A DNA stretch of 64,000 nucleotides from Patescibacteria group bacterium. Lineage in GTDB: Bacteria > Patescibacteriota > Minisyncoccia > UBA6257 > JACRHW01. A program made the translations under genes and the position numbers. The stretch covers positions 5,567 through 69,566 of the forward strand of contig JAGWJP010000004.1 of the NCBI GenBank assembly GCA_028865725.1. The letters are read 5' to 3'. Of this stretch, positions 42,114-51,536 are shown one piece after another. Below the pieces are notes generated by a model. The model made no database searches. It was not told the origin of the DNA and saw only the letters and a program-made list of their open reading frames with translations. Every line of letters begins with the position of its first letter. Position 1 is the first letter of the stretch.

Positions 42114-42443
42114 ATGCTCGAAACGCATGGGATGGAGTATGGAGAATTATTGCAGAAGACACGTACCGTCGTGAGTGAAGTTAATGTGAAAACACTATCT
42201 CCTGGCACTGTGGTTTATGTACGGACAGAATCCGGAAATGAATATCTTTTGGAAGTTGTGGATCCGAGTAGGGGCACTGCACATGTGGTGCGGAGGGCAG
42301 CACGCGGTGCTGCGCGGGCAGGATACCTTGGGGTACGCACCATTCTTGACCGCCTTGTTATTCATCAAAAGCTCTGGCACCAGAGTCCTCGTGGAATTTC
42401 AAACACAAGCCCTATTAACGCACTCGCGTTGATTGCACAATAG
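42114..42443 (+). CDS. Hypothetical small protein
   Basis: Strong RBS AAAGGAGGAAG; TTGACA at 42049-42054 upstream; terminator downstream. Confidence 0.4.
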   Translation: MLETHGMEYGELLQKTRTVVSEVNVKTLSPGTVVYVRTESGNEYLLEVVDPSRGTAHVVRRAARGAARAGYLGVRTILDRLVIHQKLWHQSPRGISNTSPINALALIAQ

Positions 42444-42452
42444 CATGAGCGA

Positions 42453-42478
42453 AGTCACCCTCTGCGGTGGCTTTTTTA
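42453..42478 (+). terminator. Rho-independent terminator (plus strand)
   Basis: AGTCACC-CTCTGC-GGTGGCT then TTTTTT. Confidence 0.55.
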
Positions 42479-42483
42479 TAATA

Positions 42484-42512
42484 ATAAAAAACCCTCGTGA
42501 ATATTCGAGGGT
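42484..42512 (-). terminator. Rho-independent terminator (minus strand) for histidine phosphatase gene
   Basis: On minus strand ACCCTCG-AATATTCA-CGAGGGT followed by TTTTTTATTATTAT. Confidence 0.65.
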
Positions 42513-42529
42513 GGCTGGGAGGCGCCTAT

Positions 42530-43336
42530 CTATATGTTATCAACCGTACGTTGCACTGCTTCTGCAAGCGACAGGAGGTCTTCATTTGAATAACGAATAC
42601 GCACAATAGGCTTCCAATCGCTGACCCACACGGGATTTTCTGTGGGGCGGATGATGCGCACCCATCCCATATGGGGCAGGAGAATCTTGGTTGCAGGATC
42701 GCGCCGCGTATAGTGTAGGATCTGGCAATTGTAGATTTTACTGCTTCGTTCGCGAGAACGTACCGTGCGGCGAAATTGTTCTTGCGACCAGCGCTCCAAG
42801 CGCATCTGGCCAGCACGCATGGTTTCTCCATGAGTCACTGCGATGACTCGTTGATTGCTGCACTCTCGATGAAGCGTATCAAGAAATCGATCAAAGCGCA
42901 GACATACGTCCGCGAGAGATTCTCCGTTTCGCGGACGCCACAAAAATGGATCCGCCTCTCTTCGTTTAAACAGGTCGGCGAAATATTGCTGCTGTTCATC
43001 TTGAGAAAAAATATCAAGATCACCCCAACTGCGCTCGATGAGATAAGGATCGGGGAACCAGGATGCACCAGAGAGACCAAGGTTTCCTGCAGTTTCCATG
43101 GCACGAATATGCGTTGAGGTAACATAACGATCAAACGAACCAAGGTGTTCATGAATCCATACTCCTGTTCGTTGCGCTTGTATGATTCCTTGGGTAGTAA
43201 GGCGAAAACTTGAGGAGTGGCGGCTGCGAAATTCTTCTGTAAAGGCGCTATGATCGCCTTGTTCCGAACGGCGTTTCGCCACATTTCCTTCTGACTGCCC
43301 GTGACGCACGAGTACGAGATCGATGGGAAGTGCCAT
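42530..43336 (-). CDS. Histidine phosphatase family protein (phosphoglycerate mutase-like) with C-terminal extension
   Basis: LVLVRHGQSEGN catalytic RHG motif; later VTHGETM; RBS AAAGGAGGA before ATG at 43336. Confidence 0.65.
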   Translation of the reverse strand: MALPIDLVLVRHGQSEGNVAKRRSEQGDHSAFTEEFRSRHSSSFRLTTQGIIQAQRTGVWIHEHLGSFDRYVTSTHIRAMETAGNLGLSGASWFPDPYLIERSWGDLDIFSQDEQQQYFADLFKRREADPFLWRPRNGESLADVCLRFDRFLDTLHRECSNQRVIAVTHGETMRAGQMRLERWSQEQFRRTVRSRERSSKIYNCQILHYTRRDPATKILLPHMGWVRIIRPTENPVWVSDWKPIVRIRYSNEDLLSLAEAVQRTVDNI

Positions 43337-43465
43337 CGCCCTATCCTCCTTTTTAAGATCTGCATAGAACATAGTGCATTCTATGCTATTTGTCCAGTTG
43401 AATTTGACGTGTTAAGAACTATATGATAATCTCTATAGAGAGAAAGAAGTGAGGAGCGTATTGTA

Positions 43466-43669
43466 ATGGACGGTGTTGCAACCCCTCTTTTTATTTTTGA
43501 GACAGTAGTAACATTTTTTGTTTTGATTGTGCTCGTAGTGACCGTAGTCGATGATTGGATACATCGCCCGGAGAAACGGCGTGGATTGTTTTTTTGTCTT
43601 ACGATAAGCGCGATAATTTGCACTCTCCTCTTTGGTTTTGAAGCGCGGCAGTGTTGCACGTTCGTGTAG
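43466..43669 (+). CDS. Hypothetical small membrane protein
   Basis: ORF with two hydrophobic helices; weak. Confidence 0.25.
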   Translation: MDGVATPLFIFETVVTFFVLIVLVVTVVDDWIHRPEKRRGLFFCLTISAIICTLLFGFEARQCCTFV

Positions 43670-43681
43670 GGAGGTGATGGA

Positions 43682-43867
43682 ATGAAGATAAATGAAGAAC
43701 GTCTTTCAAGGTGGGGAAGTATTCTTGTAATTCTTGCCATAGTTCTGATATTCATCGTTGTTTTGTCGGGTTCCTATTTTCATATTATTACTGGGAATAC
43801 TGAAATCTTTGTTCTCTGTTTGATGCGGGTTTTTTCTTTTCCGTGGTATACTTTTCGTAATCGATAG
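43682..43867 (+). CDS. Hypothetical small membrane protein
   Basis: ORF with one TM helix; weak. Confidence 0.25.
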   Translation: MKINEERLSRWGSILVILAIVLIFIVVLSGSYFHIITGNTEIFVLCLMRVFSFPWYTFRNR

Positions 43868-43879
43868 CTGTTTTTATGT

Positions 43880-44797
43880 ATGAATAATGACCCTACTGAT
43901 GTTTCCGGTGCGGAGACGCGAACATATGATGGTGCTGAGTCGAATACGATGACTTCTAAGTCGCGCATGTATGTGTATGCCACCGAGATGGTGGCGGAGT
44001 ATTATGCTCGACTTGATCTTAAGGATAAATCCATACTCACTGTTGTTGGATCGGGGGATCAGATTATTAATGCATATTTTTTTGGTGCAAAAGAGGTGAT
44101 TGGGTTTGACATTAATACGCGCGCTCCCCTGTTTGCGGATTTAAAGATAAACGCACTTAGGGAGCTTTCGTATGAGGAGTTCTTAAGTTTTTTTGGACAC
44201 ACATTTTCTGATGGTATGTTTGATGAAGCGCTCTACATTCGTTTTCGTGATGCGCTGCGGGTCGAGACACAAGAATTTTTCGATGCGTGTTACGCAACCA
44301 TGAAAGGAAGCGAATTTTTGTCATCGGAGTTCTTTCGACAGCGTTCAGTCCTTACCATTTCACCCACAACGGTAAATGCATATTTACGTGATGAGGCGGC
44401 ATATGGCACCACAAAGCGGGCCCTTCTTGTTCACGAGCCTCGTTGCGTAGCGTGTGAGATTCAAGACCTCCCCGCATGTTTTAGGGGGAAGACATTTGAT
44501 ATGATTAATATTTCAAATATTCCAAATTATTTCGTAAGAAAATCAGAAGAACGCGTAAAAGAATTTTTGTCTGTGCTTCGCGCCTTACACACGTTGCTTG
44601 CGCCACGTGGCTTCATCTTTTTCTATACCTATTCTCCTCTTTCGTACGATGAAGGCACTTTGCCACTTGCATCACGCGATATTACGCTTCAGCGCATCAG
44701 AGATATGGATCGTTTCGATATGAGTGAGTATTCATTTTCGTCCCTTATCGTAAGTGGGGATAAAGACAAAATTATTGTATTAAAAAAACGAGTTTAG
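43880..44797 (+). CDS. DUF3419-like (BtaA-like) SAM-dependent methyltransferase-fold protein
   Basis: ILTVVGSGDQIINAYFFGAKEVIGFDINTRAPLFADLKINALRELSYEEFLSFFG matches DUF3419 N-terminal pattern. Confidence 0.5.
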   Translation: MNNDPTDVSGAETRTYDGAESNTMTSKSRMYVYATEMVAEYYARLDLKDKSILTVVGSGDQIINAYFFGAKEVIGFDINTRAPLFADLKINALRELSYEEFLSFFGHTFSDGMFDEALYIRFRDALRVETQEFFDACYATMKGSEFLSSEFFRQRSVLTISPTTVNAYLRDEAAYGTTKRALLVHEPRCVACEIQDLPACFRGKTFDMINISNIPNYFVRKSEERVKEFLSVLRALHTLLAPRGFIFFYTYSPLSYDEGTLPLASRDITLQRIRDMDRFDMSEYSFSSLIVSGDKDKIIVLKKRV

Positions 44798-44882
44798 CGC
44801 TTTTATAGCGCTCCCGCCGTTCATGGATGGACGTTCAATGTGATACAATGAGTGCATTGTCAGAGTATTATTTTTTCGAGTT

Positions 44883-46127
44883 ATGTTTGAGACGGCTGCT
44901 ATTTTATTGACTGCCGCGGCAATTTTTTCGTATATTAACGTGAAATATTTGCGGCTTTCCGATTCCGTAGGACTTACTATCCTTTCGATGGCGTTTTCAT
45001 TTCTCTTGGTGATCTGGGGGCGGCTTGGGTTTGAACATATTCAGAGCCAGGCGCTTGCATTTGTTTCGGGGATTAATTTTAGCCAAACATTTTTGGTGGG
45101 CATGCTGGGATATCTCCTCTTCGCGGGCGCATTGCAGATTGATGTGAATGAGTTGTGGGATAATCGGTTCGAGATCGGCGTATTTTCGACGTTTGGTGTC
45201 CTGGCGTCAACGCTTCTTGTGGGACTCTTTACGCATAGCGTGTTGCGAGGGCTGGGGATAGAGATGAGCCTCGTATATTGTTTTCTTTTTGGCGCGCTGA
45301 TTTCTCCCACCGATCCCATTCTCGTCCTTGCTGTTTTGAAATCGGTAGGAGCGCGACGCGGCTTGCAGGCAAAGATTGCGGGCGAGGCATTGTTTAATGA
45401 TGGCGTCGGTATCGTGGTGTTTCTTCTTATCGCGGGCATTGCACAAGGAGGAAGCATAAGCCTGGGGAGCGCGACTGGGCTTTTTCTTGCGGAATCGTTG
45501 GGAGGATTTGTGCTCGGGTTTTTAGCGGGCTATATTGGTCTTCATTTTTTGAATCAAGTCGCGAATTATAAAGTCGAAGTATTGATTACGCTCGCGCTTG
45601 TCACAAGCGGGTACGCGCTCGCCTCGTGGCTTCATATTTCGGGAGCAATCGCCATGATTACCGCAGGATTGCTGATCGGGAATCGCGGCCGGTTTTTTGC
45701 GATGTCCGATGAAGCGCGTCATAATTTGCGCAATTTTTGGGATCTTATTGATGACATGTTGAACTCTCTTCTTTTCGTAATTATTGGGCTTGAGCTCGTA
45801 GTGATTCCTATTTCCGCACAGTATGCTCTCGCAGGCGCATGCGCCATCGCGGTCGTGCTTGCAGCGCGGTGGATGAGCATCGCATTTCCTGTTTCTCTGT
45901 TTAGAATAGCTGGAAGAGCGGTGGGAGAGGGAACGACGCGCATTATGACGTGGGGAGGTTTGCGCGGCGGTATTCCTGTTGCGCTCGCGTTATCGCTCCA
46001 GGCTACGCCGGAGCGAAACCTTATTTTAACGATGACGTATATCGTCGTTGCGTTTTCTATTATTGTTCAAGGCTCCACCATTCGGAGATTTGTCGCATCA
46101 ATTTATCAACATACACCACTCTCATGA
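44883..46127 (+). CDS. Cation:proton antiporter (CPA1, NhaP-type Na+/H+ exchanger)
   Basis: 12-13 TM helices; conserved FNDGVGIVVF and LFVIIGLEL motifs. Confidence 0.8.
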   Translation: MFETAAILLTAAAIFSYINVKYLRLSDSVGLTILSMAFSFLLVIWGRLGFEHIQSQALAFVSGINFSQTFLVGMLGYLLFAGALQIDVNELWDNRFEIGVFSTFGVLASTLLVGLFTHSVLRGLGIEMSLVYCFLFGALISPTDPILVLAVLKSVGARRGLQAKIAGEALFNDGVGIVVFLLIAGIAQGGSISLGSATGLFLAESLGGFVLGFLAGYIGLHFLNQVANYKVEVLITLALVTSGYALASWLHISGAIAMITAGLLIGNRGRFFAMSDEARHNLRNFWDLIDDMLNSLLFVIIGLELVVIPISAQYALAGACAIAVVLAARWMSIAFPVSLFRIAGRAVGEGTTRIMTWGGLRGGIPVALALSLQATPERNLILTMTYIVVAFSIIVQGSTIRRFVASIYQHTPLS

Positions 46128-47005
46128 ATCAACACGATCACGAGATAAAAAACATTCGCACAAAAGCGCTTCTTTTGTGCCCCGACAACGATGCTGAGGC
46201 CCATATGATTTTACTCCTCGCCGAGAAGGCGGGGATTGAGACCATTCGTTCTTCTCAGCCGCATGGCGCACGCCTTGAGTTTGAGGAGGACGTGGAAGAG
46301 AAGGTTCGCGCGACGGGAAAAAATAGGTTGTGGATTGTCGAGATTCCAGGACCCGATACGGAGCGCAGATTAAAAGATCATGGGATTCAAATTACGATTA
46401 TTGATCACCATACGTATGGAAGTCTCGATCGTTTATCGGATCCCATATCAGGTAAGAAGAAACCAAGTTCGCTTGAACAATTTTTGGAGGTGGCGCATAT
46501 CGAAGATCGGGAAATGAAGGAATGGGGTTTTGATCCATATCTTGTGCGTGGGATAGGCATTATGGACGCACGTTTTATCGAGGGGCTCCGAGAAGAAGGG
46601 TACACCCGTGATGAAATAAAACACACATTGCGTTTCAGCGAGAAGCTTATTCAGGAGGTGAATCCGCTTTGGAAACATACCATGGCGCGTGCAGAAGAAG
46701 AGTGGGGCCGTCGCACCAGGGAGGGGTCTTATCTGGTGATACGTTCTCAGTACGGAGGAGAGATACGAGGAGCGCTTTCGTACTGTGCTGCGGCAGATAA
46801 TCAGGATACGGTTCCCACGATTATTAGTGTGGATAATGGCGAAGGAATCAGTGTGCAGAACATTTCTTTTTCTATCGTTGAACGCCTGAAGCGTGCGTTC
46901 CCCGAAGCGAGTTACACATTTGGCTCAGGACGGTGCTGGGGGGTTAGCAATAGAAATCGAGAAGTAAAAGTGACTATTAACGATATTTTGTGTGCCTTAC
47001 TGTAG
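46124..47005 (+). CDS. Degenerate DHH-family phosphoesterase-like protein
   Basis: LLLCPDNDAEAHM (motif I-like), ITIIDHH (DHH motif), FGSGRCWGV (degenerate GGGH); ATGA overlap with antiporter stop. Confidence 0.4.
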   Translation: MNQHDHEIKNIRTKALLLCPDNDAEAHMILLLAEKAGIETIRSSQPHGARLEFEEDVEEKVRATGKNRLWIVEIPGPDTERRLKDHGIQITIIDHHTYGSLDRLSDPISGKKKPSSLEQFLEVAHIEDREMKEWGFDPYLVRGIGIMDARFIEGLREEGYTRDEIKHTLRFSEKLIQEVNPLWKHTMARAEEEWGRRTREGSYLVIRSQYGGEIRGALSYCAAADNQDTVPTIISVDNGEGISVQNISFSIVERLKRAFPEASYTFGSGRCWGVSNRNREVKVTINDILCALL

Positions 47006-47087
47006 CGCGCACTTTTCTTACAAAGAAGAAGAGTTTTCCACATTTCTTGAGGGAGTTTGCTCAAGAAATGTGGTAGACTAGAACTAT

Positions 47088-47516
47088 ATGGAAAATAAAC
47101 ACACGCGGATATTACGCGAACTTGCAAAATTTTTTTCAGGGGTAGTGGTTTCTGATATTCTCGTAGGATTATGGATAGGATCCGGAGGGGTGGGCGCACA
47201 ACAGTTTTTGGGTATCTCGTTTACTCCCACGGGTATTATAGGGGGAATTGTGTTTGACTTGTTGGTACTGGTCCTGCTGGTACACTACGCATGGGGTGTG
47301 GAGTTGCCGCTTTCACAATCAAAGAAATCATTTTTTATGCTTGGTGGATTTATATTTTTAGCAGTAGCCTTGCTTCACTTGTGGCGTCTGGTTCTTGCGG
47401 TTCCTGTGGAGATCGGCTCACTTACGCTTCCGTTTTGGTTGAGTGGGGTAGGATTTGTCGTAGCGGGTTTTTTGAGTTATACCAGTTTTCATTTTGCGCG
47501 CGTTACGCGCCAGTAG
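47088..47516 (+). CDS. Hypothetical membrane protein
   Basis: Four predicted TM helices. Confidence 0.35.
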   Translation: MENKHTRILRELAKFFSGVVVSDILVGLWIGSGGVGAQQFLGISFTPTGIIGGIVFDLLVLVLLVHYAWGVELPLSQSKKSFFMLGGFIFLAVALLHLWRLVLAVPVEIGSLTLPFWLSGVGFVVAGFLSYTSFHFARVTRQ

Positions 47517-47522
47517 ACATCT

Positions 47523-47918
47523 ATGAAGGGATACGTTGCGAACATAGAACAGGAGTCATTGGAGAATGAAAATTTTAGACGCGTGTTATATACTGCTCCG
47601 CACTGCCAGCTTGTAGTAATGAGTTTGAAACCGCAGGAGGATATTGGGTCTGAGGTGCATCATCTTGATCAGTTTATACGCTGCGAAGCAGGAGAGGGGA
47701 AGGCGGTATTGAATGATATCGAGCATGAGATACGCGAAGGATTCGTCGTGATCGTACCGGCAGGAACCAAACATAATATCGTCAATACCTCAACTACCGC
47801 AGCGATGAAATTGTATACGCTTTACGCACCGCCGAATCATCGTGACGGAGTTGTGCATACCACAAAAGCAGATGCTGAAGCCGATCATGAACATTTTGAC
47901 GGCGTGACGACCGAATAA
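47523..47918 (+). CDS. Cupin domain protein
   Basis: SEVHHLDQFIRCEAGEGKAVL...VVIVPAGTKHNI two-motif cupin signature. Confidence 0.55.
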   Translation: MKGYVANIEQESLENENFRRVLYTAPHCQLVVMSLKPQEDIGSEVHHLDQFIRCEAGEGKAVLNDIEHEIREGFVVIVPAGTKHNIVNTSTTAAMKLYTLYAPPNHRDGVVHTTKADAEADHEHFDGVTTE

Positions 47919-47934
47919 TTCTCCGCTGTAATTT

Positions 47935-48342
47935 ATGCACCTTCCTCGTTACGCGTCTCTCATTATTATTTTTTCAAGTATCGGCGTCCTCGATACGCTC
48001 TATTTGTCGTATCACGCAATTACCAAAACGCCTGTGGCGTGTTGGTTTTTTCCCGATGCATGGTGTAGGGCCGTTCAGTTTAGCAAACAGAGTAAGATAG
48101 TGGGGATTCCCAACGCCTTTCTCGGTCTTGGCATGAACGTTGCCATCTTGCTTCTTCTTGCGGGGTATTTGAAAGAGATGTTTCCTTTCTGGCCGGTGCA
48201 AGCCGTGGTGATGATAGGATTTTTATTCTCGTGTTACTTTATCTATATACAGGCGGCAGTACTTAAGGCGTTCTGTACGTGGTGCGTGCTCTCTGCATTT
48301 AATTTTTTTATTTTGTTCGGATCTGTCTATTTTTGGCGTTAG
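47935..48342 (+). CDS. Vitamin K epoxide reductase (VKOR) family membrane protein
   Basis: Loop Cys pair C..C (ACWFFPDAWC), GIPNAFLG, active-site CTWCV (CxxC) in last TM. Confidence 0.65.
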   Translation: MHLPRYASLIIIFSSIGVLDTLYLSYHAITKTPVACWFFPDAWCRAVQFSKQSKIVGIPNAFLGLGMNVAILLLLAGYLKEMFPFWPVQAVVMIGFLFSCYFIYIQAAVLKAFCTWCVLSAFNFFILFGSVYFWR

Positions 48343-48351
48343 GAATAATTT

Positions 48352-48615
48352 ATGATGTCGCAACATACCGTAACGCTCACGTGGTGGCACATCGCGATGA
48401 TCACGCTCTCTGTCTTATCGATCGGAATTGCCATAGGAGCCTTTTTTTCGCGAACACTATTTTCGTATACACTCTCATTTGTAAGTTTTGGGGTTGTTTT
48501 GGGAGGGTATTCCCTAATCAAGCTCCTTAAAAGAGGGCCCAAGAAGGAGCTTGACTTTAAATGTGAGATATGCTATACTATACCCAAGAATGAAGAAAGG
48601 AGGTCTTTCAAATGA
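48352..48615 (+). CDS. Hypothetical small membrane protein
   Basis: Two TM helices; followed by structured region. Confidence 0.3.
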   Translation: MMSQHTVTLTWWHIAMITLSVLSIGIAIGAFFSRTLFSYTLSFVSFGVVLGGYSLIKLLKRGPKKELDFKCEICYTIPKNEERRSFK

Positions 48616-48698
48616 TCGTGATGATTTGGAAGAACCGAGGGTGGCGGAACATGCCCGTCGACACCCTCCAGGCCTTCCTCCGCAAGTGAGGAGGGCAA

Positions 48699-48722
48699 GC
48701 CCCCGCGGAGCGGGGGCTTTTT
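48699..48722 (+). terminator. Rho-independent terminator
   Basis: GCCCCCGC-GGA-GCGGGGGC then TTTTT. Confidence 0.75.
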
Positions 48723-48769
48723 AATTTCTATAAAAACTTCTTTTGATTGTGTTGAAGAATAGATTTGCT

Positions 48770-48797
48770 AAAAAAACCACGATATGACGATCGTGGT
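48770..48797 (-). terminator. Rho-independent terminator for minus-strand protease gene
   Basis: On minus strand ACCACGAT-CGTCAT-ATCGTGGT followed by TTTTTTT. Confidence 0.6.
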
Positions 48798-48820
48798 GTT
48801 GTGCGAAATAGTTTTTGTTT

Positions 48821-49543
48821 TTACGGATTTGCGGCGTGAAGAACAGGATGAATTCCTTGAGAAAGAAGCGCTTGAATAAGGGCGACGTTCGGTGTCGCGT
48901 TACGAACCATAAATCCGTTGCTCCTGAAAACATATTCGCCTTGAAGCATCCCGGTTACGAACCCGTCCGTGCTAAACACAGGCGCCCCAGAACATCCGCT
49001 TACTGTAAAATTGGTAATCAGATCCCGCCACACATGATGCGAAGGATACCACACGCATGCCAAGAAGTTTCCTATGATTACCGGATTTTTGTGTTGTGCC
49101 TCATAGCGGTTTATGATGAACAAGGGATCGGTAAATTGGGGAGGGGTACGTTCGATTTCCGATGCATTCAAGGGATAATGCTCTGTACTTGAGAGAATCG
49201 CGATATTATTAGGCTCATCATACGATCTTAGGATAAAACTGTATTGCGTCGCGGGGTCGAATGAAACAGGACCTACGCACCAGATATTCGTCAGGGGCTT
49301 ATGCGTCCTGTCATCGAGAACGCAATGTGCGGCGGTGATCGCAATCGTACCTGGATAATCTGTTTTTACCACCCACGCACTCCCGACCCAATAAGAGAGA
49401 TTGCGCAATCGATAGGTTCGGCTTTCAAGAAATCGTCTCCATCCTGCGTAGGGATCTTGCGTGATATTGTCGCTCGCAAACGTGGCGTAGGATATGGCAA
49501 TGACAAAAAAATAGAGCAGGACACCCATGCTGATTCGTTTCAT
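48821..49543 (-). CDS. Secreted trypsin-like (S1 family) serine protease
   Basis: Signal peptide MKRISMGVLLYFFVIAISYATFA; ITAAHCV catalytic His motif; GCSGAPV in place of GDSGGP. Confidence 0.6.
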   Translation of the reverse strand: MKRISMGVLLYFFVIAISYATFASDNITQDPYAGWRRFLESRTYRLRNLSYWVGSAWVVKTDYPGTIAITAAHCVLDDRTHKPLTNIWCVGPVSFDPATQYSFILRSYDEPNNIAILSSTEHYPLNASEIERTPPQFTDPLFIINRYEAQHKNPVIIGNFLACVWYPSHHVWRDLITNFTVSGCSGAPVFSTDGFVTGMLQGEYVFRSNGFMVRNATPNVALIQALLSQGIHPVLHAANP

Positions 49544-49713
49544 TTCGTATGCTCCTTTTATGATATCAAGGTTCCTTGAAAGTATAAAAAAGAAATTGCA
49601 CGGAAGCAAGTTCTGCATAATTATATTCTTGCATGAAAAAAATGTCGGTTTTATACTATAGAAAAAGATGTGTAATAAATTTTTAACCAATTAAATAATC
49701 ATTTATCAACCAT

Positions 49714-50028
49714 ATGACCGTAGAAGAGCTCAAAGAAAAATTAAATAAAGGGGAGGACATGATGATGCTCGATGTGCGCGAAAAAGATGAAGCGGAAGCA
49801 GCGGGGGATATGATCCAGGGTTCGGAAAATGTCCCCATGGGGAAAGTATTTGTAGAGGCTGCGCAAGGTAAGCTTCCTAAAGACAAAAAGATTGTCACTA
49901 TCTGTAAAACAGGAGGGCGATGTGAAATTGTCGCCCGTGAATTGAAAGAGAAAGGATATGATATTGATCACCTTGAAGGAGGCATTGAGGCGTGGAAGAA
50001 AAGTGCGCCTACCGGTACTGCTGAATAG
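49714..50028 (+). CDS. Rhodanese-like single-domain sulfurtransferase
   Basis: Active-site loop CKTGGRC; DVREKDE...HLEGGIEAWK. Confidence 0.75.
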   Translation: MTVEELKEKLNKGEDMMMLDVREKDEAEAAGDMIQGSENVPMGKVFVEAAQGKLPKDKKIVTICKTGGRCEIVARELKEKGYDIDHLEGGIEAWKKSAPTGTAE

Positions 50029-50109
50029 TAGTCTGTGCTATGCAAAAATTATCTTTTAGTTTTTGGGCGGCTTTTGCGTAGGCGCGTAGAAACAAGGAAG
50101 TATATAATT

Positions 50110-50607
50110 ATGAAGATAACCCGCAGAGCGTACCGGTGGCATACTCCGGTTCCCGCAGCCTATTTTGTGGTATCCCAACCCTACTTGCAAGAAGACTGGG
50201 CACTCTACCCGAAGTTCGGACATCATATCGGGGTAGATTATGGAGGTCACGGGAGGACAGGGATTCCTATTATCGCGTGTGCGGCAGGAGTGATCGTATA
50301 TCGCGATACCGAAGATTCACCGTGGGGCAAGACGCTGGGCAATCATATCGCGTTGTATGTACCTTCTGTTGATCGTTCATTTTTATATTGTCATTTGGAA
50401 GAACATCCTCGTGCGTTCACGTATGTGCGCCAAGGAGTACGCCTCGGTACGATGGGAAATACAGGTGCGAGCGTAGGCGGAGCGATCCATCTTCATCTCG
50501 AAGGGTTTTACGGACGTTTTGCCATTGCAATGCGTTCGTTTACTTCGTTCGACGATATCATTTCAAAGACATTTGATGCGGATTCTTTTCTTCGTGCGAT
50601 GATTTGA
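50110..50607 (+). CDS. M23 family metallopeptidase
   Basis: HHIGVDYGG (HxxxD), GNTGASVGGAIHLHLE (HxH) zinc ligands. Confidence 0.75.
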   Translation: MKITRRAYRWHTPVPAAYFVVSQPYLQEDWALYPKFGHHIGVDYGGHGRTGIPIIACAAGVIVYRDTEDSPWGKTLGNHIALYVPSVDRSFLYCHLEEHPRAFTYVRQGVRLGTMGNTGASVGGAIHLHLEGFYGRFAIAMRSFTSFDDIISKTFDADSFLRAMI

Positions 50608-50666
50608 TAATAATCCAATTTTGCGTTATCCTGTTTCTTGGTTCATTGTGAAGCGAGGACACAAGA

Positions 50667-51452
50667 ATGAACGAGCTCAAGATGCCTTATATTGGCGTAA
50701 CGGGTGTTATGAAAAGAGAGGAATCATCTTATCTTTCGCGTCTCATACCTCGAGACGGATGCCGGCAGCTTATGGTGGGCGTTCTCGCAAGTTTAAACAC
50801 GCTTCGCGGAAAAGGGCATAATCGTTCCAACCGTTATCCGCTTTCGTGTGCGATGGCAGATATTTTTTTTGGTACTCACTCGTCCTGGCCGCCGACACTT
50901 AATCTTATTCATTATGCAACGAACGAGCCGGATACTCTCTATGATCAATTGGTTGAAGTAGATAGGCAAGGAGGATGGTGTTGTGATGGCGTACAGTTGA
51001 ATATGGTATGGCCACAGGCATCGGTACTCGAGGCATATCGGATGCGAAACAGCTGGGCTGAAAGAACGATCGTTCTTCAGGTGGGCGCCGGCGCGTTTCG
51101 CGCTATCCATTCTCCGAAAGAACTTGTGCAAAAAATCCATGAATATGAAGGAATCATAGATTATGTGCTTCTTGATTTGAGCGGAGGATTAGAAAAATCG
51201 CTGGACGAGAACTGTTTGCGCCCTTATCTAGAAGCATTATATGGGGCATCTCTTGCCCTCCGTGTTGGTGTTGCAGGAGGACTTGGGCCGGATACGCTTC
51301 ATCTCGTCGAACCCCTTCTTGTTGCGTTTCCTGATTTGAGCATTGATGCAGAAAGCAAATTGAGAAACAGCGATGATTGCTTGGATATCGTGCGGGCCGA
51401 AGAATACGTGAAGCAAGGCATGGTGCTTTGCAATCATTGCGCCGTACAATAA
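50667..51452 (+). CDS. Hypothetical TIM-barrel-like protein with PRAI (TrpF)-like C-terminus
   Basis: VGVAGGLGPDTLHLVEPLLVAFPDLSIDAESKLRN resembles PRAI C-terminal GGL..N...DVSSGVE region; weak. Confidence 0.3.
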   Translation: MNELKMPYIGVTGVMKREESSYLSRLIPRDGCRQLMVGVLASLNTLRGKGHNRSNRYPLSCAMADIFFGTHSSWPPTLNLIHYATNEPDTLYDQLVEVDRQGGWCCDGVQLNMVWPQASVLEAYRMRNSWAERTIVLQVGAGAFRAIHSPKELVQKIHEYEGIIDYVLLDLSGGLEKSLDENCLRPYLEALYGASLALRVGVAGGLGPDTLHLVEPLLVAFPDLSIDAESKLRNSDDCLDIVRAEEYVKQGMVLCNHCAVQ

Positions 51453-51463
51453 ATAAAAACTTA

Positions 51464-51490
51464 AACCGGCAGAAGCCGGTTTTTTGTTTT
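51464..51490 (+). terminator. Rho-independent terminator
   Basis: AACCGGC-AGAA-GCCGGTT then TTTTTGTTTT. Confidence 0.75.
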
Positions 51491-51536
51491 GGTGCGCTTG
51501 ACCGTCGTTTCAAAAAAGGAGTAGGCTCTAAACACT

